This document shows, one piece after another, positions 50,409 through 63,497 of a stretch of 64,000 nucleotides of DNA. Source of the stretch: Klebsormidium nitens (taxonomy: Eukaryota > Plantae > Klebsormidiophyceae); assembly GCA_000708835.1 (NCBI GenBank), contig DF236998.1, forward strand, positions 215,629 to 279,628, given 5' to 3'. The notes beneath the pieces are model-generated. The model was not told the DNA's origin. It saw only the letters and a program-made list of their open reading frames with translations, and did no database searches. Both the position numbers and the translations under genes were made by a program. Every line of letters begins with the position of its first letter. Position 1 is the stretch's first letter.

Positions 50409-51286
50409 AATTTTATAGCTGGGAGCTAATGACAAAGGACTGGCGACGAGTAAACCTTGACCAGAACTCAAGGACAGGGACTCGACATCTTTCCAAATTG
50501 ACCACCGGATTGAAAGAGGATTGAAGAACATTGCATCACTTGTGTTCGCTGGATCCATCCTCTTGTAAACTCTTGAGAGACATGGCCGCTACGTGCGGGC
50601 AATATTGCATGCAAAGATTGAAAGAGCAGATATGTGGATCAACACTTTCACGTTCTGGATGGCACGTACTGAAGGGATCACCTATTTGTTCAGATGCGCT
50701 TCGATCTTGTAATTTCGCACGTAGCCGGATGTCTCATCGCTAGGCTCAATGCAATCCGATCCCTTATATAAGGCTTCATGCACATTGAACGCACAAAAGT
50801 ATGCCGGATGACCAGCTTGATCGTAAGCTTCGCATGCAGCGCGTCTGACGACGGCGACGGGTTGGCAATTAGCTTCGAGACGACGGGACAAGGGACATGA
50901 AGAGCCGCACTTATGTACACCTTATATGCTTATAGTTGAGCCTGCTCAAAGGCTTGTCTTTGATCGTACCTTCTACTACCTGGGTAGTTGAGTCATCGAG
51001 ACTCATCTTGCAGCATGCATGAGAGTAAGAATCATGCGCAAGGAATCGTACAGTTGTAGCTGTCAGGCCTCATGTGCTCCAGTCGTTGCGCCACACTCAA
51101 CAGCTCGCATGTCCAGATTGAGCAAGATGAAAATATAACTCTATCAGCGAAGATGCACCGTGTATACCCAGCGACATTTCGACTTTCTCGACGCCCAGGT
51201 GAGTTGGCGAGACGCAAAAAGATATGCGCATGAAGCTGCAAAAGGCTGCGGAAACTCGACGCGGACTTCCAGATGATTCACAGGCG

Positions 51287-54200
51287 CTAGAACGTCCTTC
51301 TCCAGCTTTTCCACATAATCTGTGATTGCAACCACAGGGGATTCACCCCGCAAACGCCCCTGGCTAGATGTGGACTGAAAACATCGAAGTTGTGCCGTTG
51401 AAGCGAGTCGAGGTACGTACCCACAGGGATCTGCACATAGGACAGCGTTTGTTGAGATACAGCGTTTGTTGGGCAAGAAGCTCAGAAGCCGGCAGAGTCC
51501 GGCTAGATCCGGTGTTCCTCGTCTTAGAGTTCACGCTTTGAATGAAAAGGGCGGCAACCAAATCGCCCACAGGCGCTGGAGGAAAGCTTCCACATGAAAA
51601 TGCGATCCAGACTGCTTGTCGGGGCAGGAAGTGAGGGATTGTAGAGGTGTTGCAGTGGCTCAGCGAGGAAAAATCCGAGAGAACTTTTCATGATGCGACT
51701 TTGTGGCGCGTAACTGGTTGGACCGCTTGCTAACTTCAATCACTCTGACGTCCCGATCAACAGTTCCATCAGAAAGTTCGTTTGGCGAAGGCCATCCATT
51801 TGAAACGTCTGGACATCCAATGTGGGGGTTTTTAACGAAAGACCTGAGCACCTGTCTGAGAGTTGTTACGCAAGTTTGCGAAAAGGTCTGCTTCACTCAC
51901 CGCAGGAAGTAGAATCGGGAGAGCCTCGGCTGGCAAAGATCCTCGCATCGACTGTGCCTTTTCCAGATGAGCTTTTGCGGCGTCAGCAACCTGCAAGCAC
52001 AGCAGATGAGAAAAAATGGCTGTTTTTTCGAGCCAGCGGGTCCAACGACGGCTGCGCAATGCGGCAACACGCGCAAGACGGCTCCAATTCAAGAACTGAC
52101 AGAATGGTGAAATACCGTCCCAATCAGATACAGGAGCGTGCTTTACTTTACGCTGATTATTATAAGAATATAAGGGACCCAAAGTCAGCTGGAAAAATGT
52201 CGGCAGATTCCAAAGGTTTGCTCGGCGAACAGCCACACTCGCCTAAGTGTGAAACACGGAGGCATATGAGGAGCCCAGGTGACGATCGGCCACACTTATT
52301 GCAAGTGCAAAGACCACGTTTTAAAAATTCGAAAGACGAGGGAGAGGTCAGGTCTGGTTCATGCTCGCTCCGTTCCGTCTCGTACTTCAGGAAGACAGCG
52401 CAACAATGCAGAGCTGCCACGTAACAGCCTGTTTCCTCTCAAATTCTCGACTGAGTTGGCTCGACATATGGAGAGCTGAAGAAGTAGAAGCGAGAAGACT
52501 TGTCAGCTTACCTCGAAAACGGCGGCGTTTAGTGCGTCGGAGCTCTTCCGCTGGTAAATGTCCTCCTCCACTACGCCGTGCTGCGCATACATCAGCGCAA
52601 ATGTCAGCAAACACGTCAGCGAAATAGTCGACACTGCGCGTCGTGTCAGCGTATGTCAGAGAAAGCTTTCCGAACAGTACGAACGGATCTAGGCGGGACG
52701 ATGGAATCGTGAAGGATCCGCAAGACGAGCAACCGTGAATAAACCAATCCAGGGCTTAGGTGTTTCCCGGTGTAATCACGAGGAAGGGGCGAGCAGTGGT
52801 CATGTCGATCAACGACAAGCAGCAGTGAGCAAGTTGAGAAACAAGAGGAGCAGCAATCAGCAGATTTGGGAACGGCCAACAAAAGCATGCTACCTTCCAA
52901 GTCACGTCTCCCGGAAAAGAGCAGCTCTAATCTCTCCGAAAAATGAGGAGCAGCAGTGATCGATATGCAAATCGCAGAGCAGCGTTCAGCATTTCAGGAG
53001 GCGTCGACGAATTAAGTGGTACCTTTCCCGTCACGTCCAGTGGGAGGTACGTGCGTCTCTTGAGGCTGTGCACGGGGGTCGCTCGGAGGAGCAGCGCGAG
53101 CCCAGAGGCCTTGCCTGCAGGGGGCAACGACTACGGTTAAATCATAGGTTAGAGAAACCAGGTTATGCCGCGGCTGAAGTCAGCCGCGGCAAAATTTCAT
53201 TAAGCCGCAGGTTAGAGAGACCGGGTATTCACCGAGGTGAAGATACTGTAGCCATGCTACGGTAAAGAGAGCCTTTGTTTGATTGTACCGCAAATTAGGG
53301 TGCTCACACTAGTAACCTGGAGGACCGCCGAGCGAAGCTCAATCACACAGCGTGTTTAATCGGTTCGCTCAATCGCCGGAGTTGGATGGAAGGGTCGATG
53401 CGAGACCCGTGCAGGGAAAGTAGAGCCGGATTCGTGTTTTTCGTCGAGCACGAGAGGGATGAAGAACGCTGTGAACCGTGATCCTCAGACCAGGCAAACA
53501 ACCGAGCAAAGTGAATGACACGCAAAGGTAGCTGCTTTCCTACGAGTACGACTTGCGAAAGAGGGCGCTTGAGTAGATGCTGTCTGCACGAGTTTTAACC
53601 TGGCCGGTTCGATTCGGCTTTTGCACCGGTATATAAGTAGCCTCAATATTAAGACCAAACAGGCAGACCACAACATAATCGACCTACCGAACATCTGTCC
53701 TTCTGAGAAGGTTGCCTAACCGCGAAAATGCATCGAGAGTAAGTTGGAGTAGTCTTTGTAAACGAGACTCTCACCTATATGGCTAGCCGCGTGATCCGCC
53801 TCCGTGTTCTTAATTCCGGCGGCTTCGAGGGTCAAGTAGAGGATTCCCGACGCGGTCGACTCAGCGTAACTGTGTTGCAGAAATTCTCGAGGTCTCGCTT
53901 CTGAGTGCAAGGATTGGGTGGCTCACGGCAAGGATGATCGATAAGCGGTAGGATCATGATGAATAAAAGCAAAAGAATGGGACGTCTCGTTACATCAATT
54001 GCCAAAAGCCTGGAGCCACAGCTATGCAATGGTTATCGCCGAACTAACCCGCATATGAACCTTTTGAGTGCCTCGTGAAATACGCCTTGAATTCTGCACG
54101 GCAGATTTCTAGCCAATCGCAATTCTTTGTGGTTCTTACAGCCTATGGCACAGATTCCGCATTCAATTCCTGGGCTTCGCCTTTCGCATTTGGAGCATCT

Positions 54201-56939
54201 TGGGGGCTTGAAACGGGCTGAAAAACTGCCTATCAGCTTTTGAGGGTCTTAACCAGTCTGATGTTGTGTTCGGAAGATGAAAAAACCTGCCAGACAAGGG
54301 CAGCCTCACCTTTCTAGATCTGCAAGCGTTCTTGGAGGCCCCACATAGTCTAGGTCTTCGTTCTGCATGCAAGACAGATTATGTGTGGAAAACGAGTTTG
54401 GAGAAAAGCTGGTATCATGACTAAGGAGTTTGGAACGTGGACGTCATTCCTTTTTCTCTGGGCGATTGGCGTCTGCTGAGAATTGTGACCATGACGTCAT
54501 AAATGATACGCTAAAAAACGAGCAGATAAGCAGCACACGCATAGAGTTCCGGATAAAATGAACCCGTGCAAGAGCAGTCACAGAAAGATGTTAACATGTA
54601 ATGTGAACCACGCGAGAAACCTACCGGACAAAAATCACGGATGAGCGGCTGGTATCCCGAAATCGACTAGGGTACAGCAGAAAGCCTGAAGTCGCAGTAA
54701 TCAACGAGCTTCGAGGACCATGAATTTGCCGCATGTGACACCGGGAGGCTCGTCAGCTAAGTTGTTGCGCAGAATGACTGGACAGGCCAGAAGTTAAGAT
54801 GGTCCAATTCAGAAGAGGGAAATTGAAGGAAGCGAAACACGCACCCTTGCTTCTATCAGTCTAGTAAACCTTCGTTTCGTGAGCTTAACGTCCTCACTAA
54901 CCGCGGCGAGGGCTTTGAGGACCGGGTGCTCCAAAACTTTACCCTGCATCGGATGAACATCGGATCAGCTTGAATTTAGGTTAAAGCTTTGAGCCCGACT
55001 CGAATCCGATGGTAGTCCACGCGTTGGTAGTCCACGCGACTGCCTCGATACAAGGTTCTTCAAGTTCGTTCAATTATATAGCAAGATCAAATTAGCCTGT
55101 CATCATAAGAGGCCGCTGCTGATCACCTGAAAGTCACAAGGTTTCTTCTATGTTTCGACTAGAAACTTTCATGATCCAGTCCCTTTATCCTTTTCGCCTT
55201 AACTTTTATCCCTGCAGTTTTGTGTCTTTGCTGTAAACCCCGAGCCGGCAGAACCAGCTACACAGTTCCATCCTTCCTTATCTTCGTCCTCTCCCCTTAC
55301 TCGGCCTCTCATTGGGGATCAAGATTTGGCATAAAGTTTTGAAAAGATGGCCTGCTCAAATTTTGGGCAACGTTTCATTTGCAATATCGCGTGTTCAATA
55401 TCGCGTCAGTCTTTAAATTTCGAATGGTCCATGCACGACAGGAGCACTTAAGCTCTAATCTACCGGAGTATATAAGATAGCCAGTCTGCGAGGCGGCTTG
55501 CGGAGGGGTCAAGAGGTGGTTTGTCTGGGGACACAGACGTACCTTGTACAAGGAGTCGATGGCGTCCCTCCACCAAACCATGCGCATCTGGCCCAGAATC
55601 AGTTCCCGCGCATGATCTCCTACCTGAGAAGATTGACATATGACAAGCTGAGAAAACGCTGATCATTGGCTCCTTAAGAAAGATGTTGCAAAGGAATCCG
55701 AGCAGATTGCAGTGGAAAGGTCACATCACTAAGAGCAGTCAGAATCATCTGAGAAGCGAGTGGGTAAGAGAACACCGAGTGCAGTACATCGAGCAAGAAC
55801 ACCTTCCCTCGTTTGAAAATTCCAGCATAGAAGCGTCGAATTAGCTTGTCTGGTATTTGACCAAAGCCGTGTATGGAAGTATTGGCGTCTGGTTGATCCA
55901 GTTCTAAAAAGTATTGCGTACAGTGGAAAGTTTACCCGAGTTTATAGAAACCAAATCTGGATCGGATAATCAGACACACCTGTGCAATTTCAACATTGAA
56001 TGCTCGGAGCGCAAAGCTCGCAGCCCTGAGCTGCGGGGGCAACTGAAGCGCGCACAAGTAGTGCTCATAGTCATGCTTCCTGCAGTCAAACTGTTCCCTC
56101 ATCAGCTTAGAAGACGAGTCATCACAGCGACCATATAAAAGGAACATGGAAAACTTGCAAGTGCTGATAGAAGTAGCAGTTTCCTACTGGCGGCCATTTG
56201 ATCTGCTTTTAAATGTCACCTGACCTTCAGAGAAAATGCTGATGTGGGGTGTTCAGAAGCGCAGCAATCAAGAGTGGTAAATATGCCACATTTGCTGCAC
56301 GACAATCTCTGGAAGAACTCAGTAAGGCTATGAAAGCAGTGGCTACATAAGATCAAGTTCGTCCACATTGCAGCACTTACTGTACTTGTTGGACACAGTA
56401 CGAGAAGGAGGGGCGCAGATCAGCGTCCACTGTGAAGGAGCGGGACTGGGCCGGCGCTTGCCGCCCTAGCCGACACAGGCTCCGTAGGATAGACTGCAAA
56501 AGCAGACGCAGCAAGCTTCATATGATCCTTGTGATGGTGGTGGTATGAGGGCATGTGAAATGGACGCGGGTGAATGCTTAGAGCAGGTGCATGGGAAGTG
56601 CATGCAGCTGGTTTGATGGGGGTGGTATCTGTCAGATTGGTGAAAGGCATAGCGATGAAGTTTTAATGATGCAAATACGGAGTCAAACAAACTGGTGGTG
56701 GGGCTGACAAAGCGCGTGGGACAAACTCAGCTCCATTTGCAGTGCGAGTTCGCCAGCACTAGCCACAAATAAAAACATGCAAGAGCTGGAACTGGACCAG
56801 CTTTGATGCACTGGTGGATCTAGCAAAGTGAATCAGACATCAAAGAAAGAATCAATCAGACCCCATATGAATGCTGCAGTAGACCCTGGCTCACCTCGCC
56901 CGCCACACTGTGTCCCAGGAAGTAGGGTGTCCGCAGCAT
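51287..56939 (-). CDS. NDUFAF6: Mitochondrial complex I assembly factor 6 (squalene/phytoene-synthase fold)
   Basis: Spliced peptides [36 protein letters not shown]; [17 protein letters not shown]; EHPVLKAL; LIEAR; [33 protein letters not shown]; [12 protein letters not shown]; and last exon 51430-51287 ([26 protein letters not shown]). Start at 56939 is probable. Confidence 0.88.
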
Positions 56940-57523
56940 TATGCCCTGTGCGGCTTTCAATCACCTTTTGATCAGCTTGATGAGCAAAGGTCTGCCTGCC
57001 AGGCAACAGATTGGCGGAAGCGCTAAAAGCAAGCTCCGACAAGCGCCATCAAGAAACCGGTCTACAATTAAAGGCAGTGGGAAAAGATCCAGAAAGAGTG
57101 CGGTGTGGAAAGTACAGCCAGTGCGTGTCAAGAGCTGCAAAAGTAAGGGTACCGGTTCTTTGTAATCAGTTGCCTATTCCTGGCTAGCTGCTTCGGGCTC
57201 ACCATCTGTTGAACGGCATAAAACGGACGGCCCAGAATCCGCGCGCGTGCCAAGTAGCTTATCGACGGCGTCGACAGCGGCCGGTGCGTCTTCCTGGCGG
57301 AAGAAACCGTCAATGTGCCGGTAAGTTGGACCGTGTACCGTAGAGGAATTGTGGGTCGAGACCCCCTACTCGACGTTGAGCGCGGAAGTGACTTGTTCCG
57401 GGTGCCGCGAGTGTCGGTTTAGGGCCCGGGGCGGTCGAGGAGGTTAAGAGCCAGACCCATCTCTCGACAAAAACCCGCCGGACCGCCCGCGGAATATGTT
57501 CTGTCGAGTGAACCACTCTGGAA

Positions 57524-57673
57524 GCCTGCCAACAGAGCACCCGACCACGTAAGCAGGCTATCGGACCGTCCGAATAGGCCTGCCAACGCAGCGACCGGCC
57601 ACGTAAGCAGACTAGAGGGCGTCCGCATCTGTCCCGACTCCCGAGCTGCGGCCCGGAAATCAGGGTATAAAAG
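57524..57673 (+). promoter_or_regulatory. Putative transposase promoter: two ~37-bp direct repeats each containing CCACGTAAG, and a TATAAAA box
   Basis: gcctgccaac..ccacgtaagcag(g/a)cta at ~57524-57560 and ~57578-57613; gggtataaaagg at ~57663-57674, about 125 bp before ATG 57795. Confidence 0.5.
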
Positions 57674-57794
57674 GTCGATAATGCCGTCATTTCTTTCATT
57701 TCCAAGTGGAGCTCTTCCGCATCTCTTCGTTTCCAGCCATCTCTCCGAACCACCGCCGCTAACCAGCAAGCAGTCCGGCCACCCTGAAGAAGAC

Positions 57795-60700
57795 ATGCAA
57801 CCGACCCCGGGGTTCAGTGTGGCCCATAGCTTGCACCCGGCGACTCAGAGGGAGGTCGACTGTGGCAACATCATTGTAGATCCGCGGGCCTACGGAACCA
57901 TTCCCGCTAACTCACTAGCTACCAAGTGCCCACTCTGCAAACAAACACTAGTGACAAAGGACCACCAACTCTCGTTCCGGAAAAACCACGCATTGAAGGG
58001 GTTTGCAATCAGCTCTCCCGATTCGGTAGCCAAAGGTCAGAGAAAGCGCCAGCCCCTCTGTCTGGAGTGTGTGAAGCGGCATCTCGGTCCTGTAACCCAG
58101 TGTGCTAACAAGCTCACAATCAGCGTAGCAAGGACCAACCGAGACTCGGTGGTTTCCACTGAAGTCTGGTTCCAGCGCAAAACGCTCGGGGAGGCATGGA
58201 GCCAACTAAAAGATTTGTCGGGAGAAGAGATTGGCGATATGCGAGAGGGGGCAGAGGAGGGTCGGCTTGCATTCAGTGGAAACCGCAGCAGTACCGCTGC
58301 ACAGGCAGCAGTGAACAGGGGGCGGAAAGTGGGGGAAACTGCAAGGTCCAACGCGCAAGTGAAGGTAAGCACGAATGCAGTTCTTCGAACCCTGCATTCT
58401 ACATCTGCTTGCAAATGTTTGATTGAGCACTATCCACATGCTTTCTTGCGGCCTAGAAATTGCTGTGTATCTGACTAAAGTGTGCACAACTACAGAAAGC
58501 ATACGGCAACAGATGAAAAATCAAAGATCTTATGCTGATGGATCAGTCAGACATGCGACCAATGGGCGGTAGACAAACGCTCTTCAATGCTTGCTCCGAG
58601 ACGTAGTCCGATCCCGGTGTGGATGCAGGGACAACTTCACACAGAGAACGGCGAAGCGTCCGCCGCGAAGGGTGGTCGGACCATCGTCGACCAAGCCATG
58701 ATGTATCTCGATGGCCTCCGATCAGGAGAGTGTGCTATGTACAGCGTTGGCGAGCTTGGATCCGCTAGTACCGTCTATCTGGCTAGCACTTGGAATCACA
58801 ACGCAGCGGGGCTTAAACCCCTCGGGCGTCCTAGCAAAGTGCACGCGTTGCTTGAGACGGTGAACTGGGACACTATGGGAAATGTGAGCTGCACCTGCGA
58901 TTGCGGCCGACGGTACACGCAGGCGCCCTGCGTGCACAAGCTTGCGCTACAGGCATTGGAGTCGCCGAGGCTTGCGAGCGCCATATCGTTGCAGAGGGGG
59001 CCAAAGGTGGTAGAAATACCATGCGATAGGATCGGGGAGCGGGTTTTTGGGGTGTACTGGAATGCTGGTTCGCCCTCACCTCAAAGGACGATGGTTCATC
59101 ATGGAGAGGGGGCGCAGATGGGCTGGTATTGCGAGGGAAGGAAGAGCGGATGCAGCAAGACGGCTGATTGCTCGCACATTCAAGGGGTGAAGCGAGCTAT
59201 GAGTCGACCGAGCGGCGTGGACAAACTGAGCAAGAGTTCGTTCTCAGAGGGGCAGCTCGAGCTCGCAAAAACGGCTTTGAAGGCCGGGCTGGTAGATAGC
59301 CGAGCAGGGAGTGTCACGGCCCACAGCCGGCCGGGGACCGCAGACTCCGACGTGGACGGATACATCGCGGAGCTGGTCGTTGGCAGTCACGAGAGGGCCG
59401 CATGCGAAGGGTCGAGCTGCTTCTGCAAGCAGCATCCGAGGGTGTTTGGCGGCGCTGGAATAGACGTGGAGCCCTGCGCAGCGAGGTGCTGCACGTCTGC
59501 ACAAACGAACGGGAAGCGAGCTCGATCCGAGCAAGGGGAAAGCTCCGGTGTCGTTGAGAGGGCGAACGCGAGATCGGGCAAACGGAGAAGCAAGACGTTC
59601 TGGGCGGCGAAAGGCACAGAGCCGGAGGAGCCGAACGCTGCAACGGGTACCACGGGGGAGGCTGTGTCGGATGCAGCTGAGGATTTGGGGCGGGGACCGA
59701 AAAGTGCCCTCCAGGTCGAGGATCGAGACGCGTTGTCAATTCCGGTGTGTAATGTCTGCGTGTGCCCCTCGAACGTTTGCACGCATGGTGCCTCGCGCGG
59801 TGCTGCGACGGTGTTGCCCATGGAAGCTGAGGGCGTGCAGCTGGAGGTGCCCAAGCTCGTTCGCCCGACGGACTCCTGGCAGGTCCACGACCCCGAGGTG
59901 TCGTTGTTGCGAAGGCCCATTCGAGTGAGCGAGCTCACGGCCCGAGATTTCGAGGAGCTGAGCATTGCGGGGAGTCTCTCCGCCCCGTGCCCTCGAGCGC
60001 CACCTCCTTGCCGGACCAGGTGGTTGGGGCTGTGGCAGAGTGCCCACGTATACGACTTGTATTGGTCGCAAGAGGTAAAGATCATTGCCCATAGCTCTAT
60101 AGCCTTTGTCTTACCTGCTTGACTCAGCTGATGGATGAGTTAGTAGAAACGACACGAAGAATACTCTATTAATGAGACCAGACGGTTTGTATGAAGAGCA
60201 GCGCAATGTTTCAAGCTAAGTCCCAATGCTTCAACCTGATTCTACTAGCCTGAAGTCTGGATTGAACCAAAGCTGTCAGTCAACAATGGGCTCCATTTGG
60301 CATCTACTCTCGTGCAGGTCAAGCTCCGAATCTATTGCTGCGCGTGCCCCGAGAAGCATACCGTTCATTACAATGGAGAGGCGCTCAGACTGTACGCATG
60401 GACGCGACGGGTGGTCGTCACACAAGCGGCCTGTCAAATGCTGCTACGAACCGTTCAGAAGTCAGGAGCTGCTTTCAGCTCGCTCGTTGCAGCTGGGAAT
60501 GCCGTGCGGCGCCAATACAACCCCGATGCGACATTCTTGTCGGAGGAGTGTTGGCGTAAGGCGAGCCTTGACTTCTTCAAGCTGTGCGGGCGGCAGATCA
60601 TGGAGTGCTGTAGCCTCTGCGGACCACATCCTCAGGTGCGGTTTGCAAATGCTCGATGTCCACGTTTACAATCCGTGAAGGCACTCGGTGCTTCCAACCA

Positions 60701-63309
60701 CCGTTGAAATTCTTATTCCCCTTCTTCGCCATTGCTGTCGTCACCAGAGAGCGGGCCGGCTCAGCGTGTCCAAGTGTCCAAGCTCTGGCACAAAACTCCT
60801 AGCGGTCGTTGTTTCAAGTTTGCTGACATCATCATCGGGATGGGTCCCTCTCGGCGTGTCCAAGTGTCCAAGGTCTGGCACAAACTTTTCTCGGGTTGCA
60901 CATTGCTGACGTCACCAGAGGGTGGGCAGGTTTGGCGTGTCCAAGTGTCCAAGCTCTGGCACCAACTATTTGCGGTCGCTCATGGCTGACGTCACCAAAG
61001 CGTCGGCAATCAAGACGTATGGATTCACCCTTTCAAGAGCACTGGATCGTCTCTTTGTGAAGGTACTCTTATGCGACGGTATCGCGGGGCTTGCTTGCGC
61101 TGACGGCACGCGTCAGAAGGGTGGGCTTGCTGGAACAGATGCCGCATTGCTTCGGCCATTCACGGCGCCTAGTAGAGACTCCAATGGATTCAACGTCCGA
61201 AAAGTCATGGAGTCCGGAAGCAACTATCTGGCGGTGTCTCTTGCGGGAGGGGGCCTGAAAAGGCGTCTCCTGCATCAACCTGAGGTCCGGACGCTTGTAG
61301 CGCGGTTCAGCGGGCACCATGCTGTTGATCCCGAGCTGGGAAAGACGCCCAGTGCCCAAGAGTACGAGGAGCTCCTGGTAAGGTTTGATATAGATCCAAG
61401 CATGCCCATCACAAGCTTGTCTGTCTTTCCAATACGGTGAGTTTGTCAGCGACTATTGTCAGTGACGAAACATCAAGCCCCGTTCATGCTCTGACCTGAG
61501 CCGGAGTCTTCTTGTGCAGGTCGCGCTTGACAGAGACGACGTGCAAGTGGTCACGAACTTTGTCCAAGATCCGGATGATGTCGATGCCGATCCCGTTCTC
61601 TTGCACTGGCGCCGGTGGGTTGCCGGTGACCAGGTCGGCCAGATCCGATCGAAGAACAAGGCGATGTGCGAGCTGCTGGAGGGCATCGAGAGAGAAGCAA
61701 TGCAAGACGAGCATCGATGGCCTCCCCGCTGCCCCCACAGATGGGCGGAATTACTCTACACTCTAGGCGCGCCGTTCTCGGTCTCGGACGACTCCAATCT
61801 CATCCAGCATGGAAAGGCCCTGGGAGTGGTCCGCAAGCTTCTGCTAGGGGAAGCCGCGAATGACGACGATAGAGCAGTCCTGTCTGAGCATTCCCCGATC
61901 TTGCGCCGGCTGCTGGACCACTACGGTGATCGCTTCCCCCCGTTTTTCCATCCCGCCCTACATCACCTGTACCGTTTGACGCTGTTTGCACGGGGAGCGG
62001 TGGGGCTCGGGGTTGGACGGGCAGGGTGGGCATTGTCGGCCATCGAAGGCCTCGATGTCTGCGTCTGGCTGGAGCGGGAGCCAAAACCCCTGAGCGTCGA
62101 GCAGCAGCAAGCCTTCGACTTCTGGGCGGCCCGGGCGAATGCACTTCTCCCCGGGGTCGAAAGCCTTTCCCCTCCAGCACCGCACGAATACGCCCTTCTT
62201 CCGCCGGAACGGATCCTGTTGAACGAGAGGCTCGGTCTCGAGGCGGACGGATCGGAACCTGGCCCTCTTCCTCCGGACCATCCCTACTGCCATGAGCAGC
62301 GAGGGCTAGGCTGCTACGTTCTTCCGGGTTGGGAGCAGAAACGTCCCCTTCCGCAGTACGAACCGTTCGAAGACGACCTTGGGAGGTCTTGCGAGCGCAA
62401 CGAAGAGCATCGGTGTCGAAGCGGGCTCACCGTTGGAGAATTCGATGCCAAGGTCGCGTTGGAAAGCGGAATAAAGAAGAAAAAGTGCTTACAGCGGCAC
62501 ACAAAGGGCGGCTTTGTCTTCACGTGCCCTCATTGTGTCATCTATGGATTCCACGTAATGCTTCGAGGAGAGTCGCCGCGAGACGCCTTCACCGTCTTGT
62601 ACACCTGACTCAATCGGAGAGACCTTCCTCTGTACCTCGTCCACGACAATGCGTGCAAGCTGCGCGCCTACGCGATGCGGAGAGAGCCAGCGTTCTTTGC
62701 AGACGTCCGCTTTCTTGTGGACAGGTGCGGATGAGATACGTGTGCAAGCCAAGCGCCACTCTTATTGAAGGCAATTTCTGTGTCCTTTGTGCGCTTGCCA
62801 TGCGAGCACCGCAAAAACCTTCGATTGTGCACTTTTCGTACCTTTTTCGAATCTCAATCCATGCTCCACCCTTGCAGATTTCACTTCCACCACACGACTG
62901 CGGAGGCACACAAGTGTGGTCCATCGTACAACACAGGTGAGATCCACTTGTGTGCATTCGATTGGCTCGAAGGGGCGTCCGTCTAGACTGTGTGTTGCGG
63001 CAAGTTTCTTGTACAATGCCATGTCTCCCCGTGAATGAACCTATCAAAACTCTCGTTCGATCACGTGCAGACTATTACGACGCTGTGCGTTGGATGAACA
63101 CTTCAGCAGTGGAGTCGTGCAACGCGTTCCTCGTGAGGTTCAAGACGCAAGCGTGGTATAGGAGCCTCGTAGCGTTCATGATCATCCTTGCTAACCTAGT
63201 GAGCGGAAGGAACAGCGACCTGACACGGGTTGACGAACCAAAGCTGCGCATTGCGGGCAGAGCAGACACATGGAGACCGGCTGTACGGCAACGACTCTTG
63301 ATGTACTAG
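57795..63309 (+). pseudogene. KDZ transposase (about 1,380 codons, 7 exons) with one premature TGA at 62606-62608
   Basis: Phase-consistent exons 57795-58364, 58629-60074, 60318-60635, 61063-61377, 61520-62724, 62878-62936 and 63071-63309. Motifs: SWIM-like CTCDC..CVH; CxC cluster CCAC..HY..CSLCGPHPQ-VLLCDG; GGFVFTCPHCVIYGFHVMLRGESPRD; [stop]LNRR..LVHDNACKL; VDRFHF; NTSAVESCN. These supply the D..D..E triad. Confidence 0.88.
60735..60990. repeat. Three-copy ~81-90-bp tandem repeat in transposase intron 3
   Basis: gtgtccaagtgtccaag(c/g)tctggcac at 60766, 60856 and 60937, interleaved with tgctgac(g/a)tca(c/t)c. Confidence 0.9.
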
Positions 63310-63497
63310 AAACCCTGTTAAAACAGAGACATTGATTGAAAAATCACTATGACATGTAGTATTAATCAAATACCACATGCATTCAGCAAAATTGATGTGC
63401 AAAATGTATGGTCGTTATCATTAAAAGAAGCGATACCACAATAGTGCAAACAAAAAAGGTACTTGTGCCAGTGGCATGATCGTGTCTAGGTGGGGGC

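Noticed and set aside
51822-52424. 200-aa plus-strand ORF
   Set aside because: Antisense to NDUFAF6 exons and introns, with no recognisable domain.
57340-57375. Possible left TIR (gggtcgagaccccc) versus gggggcgcagacc at ~63492
   Set aside because: Only about 9/13 identity and no TSD.
60735-60990. CRISPR-like repeat/spacer appearance
   Set aside because: Eukaryotic intron, only three repeats, the spacers resemble each other, and there are no cas genes. It is an ordinary tandem repeat.
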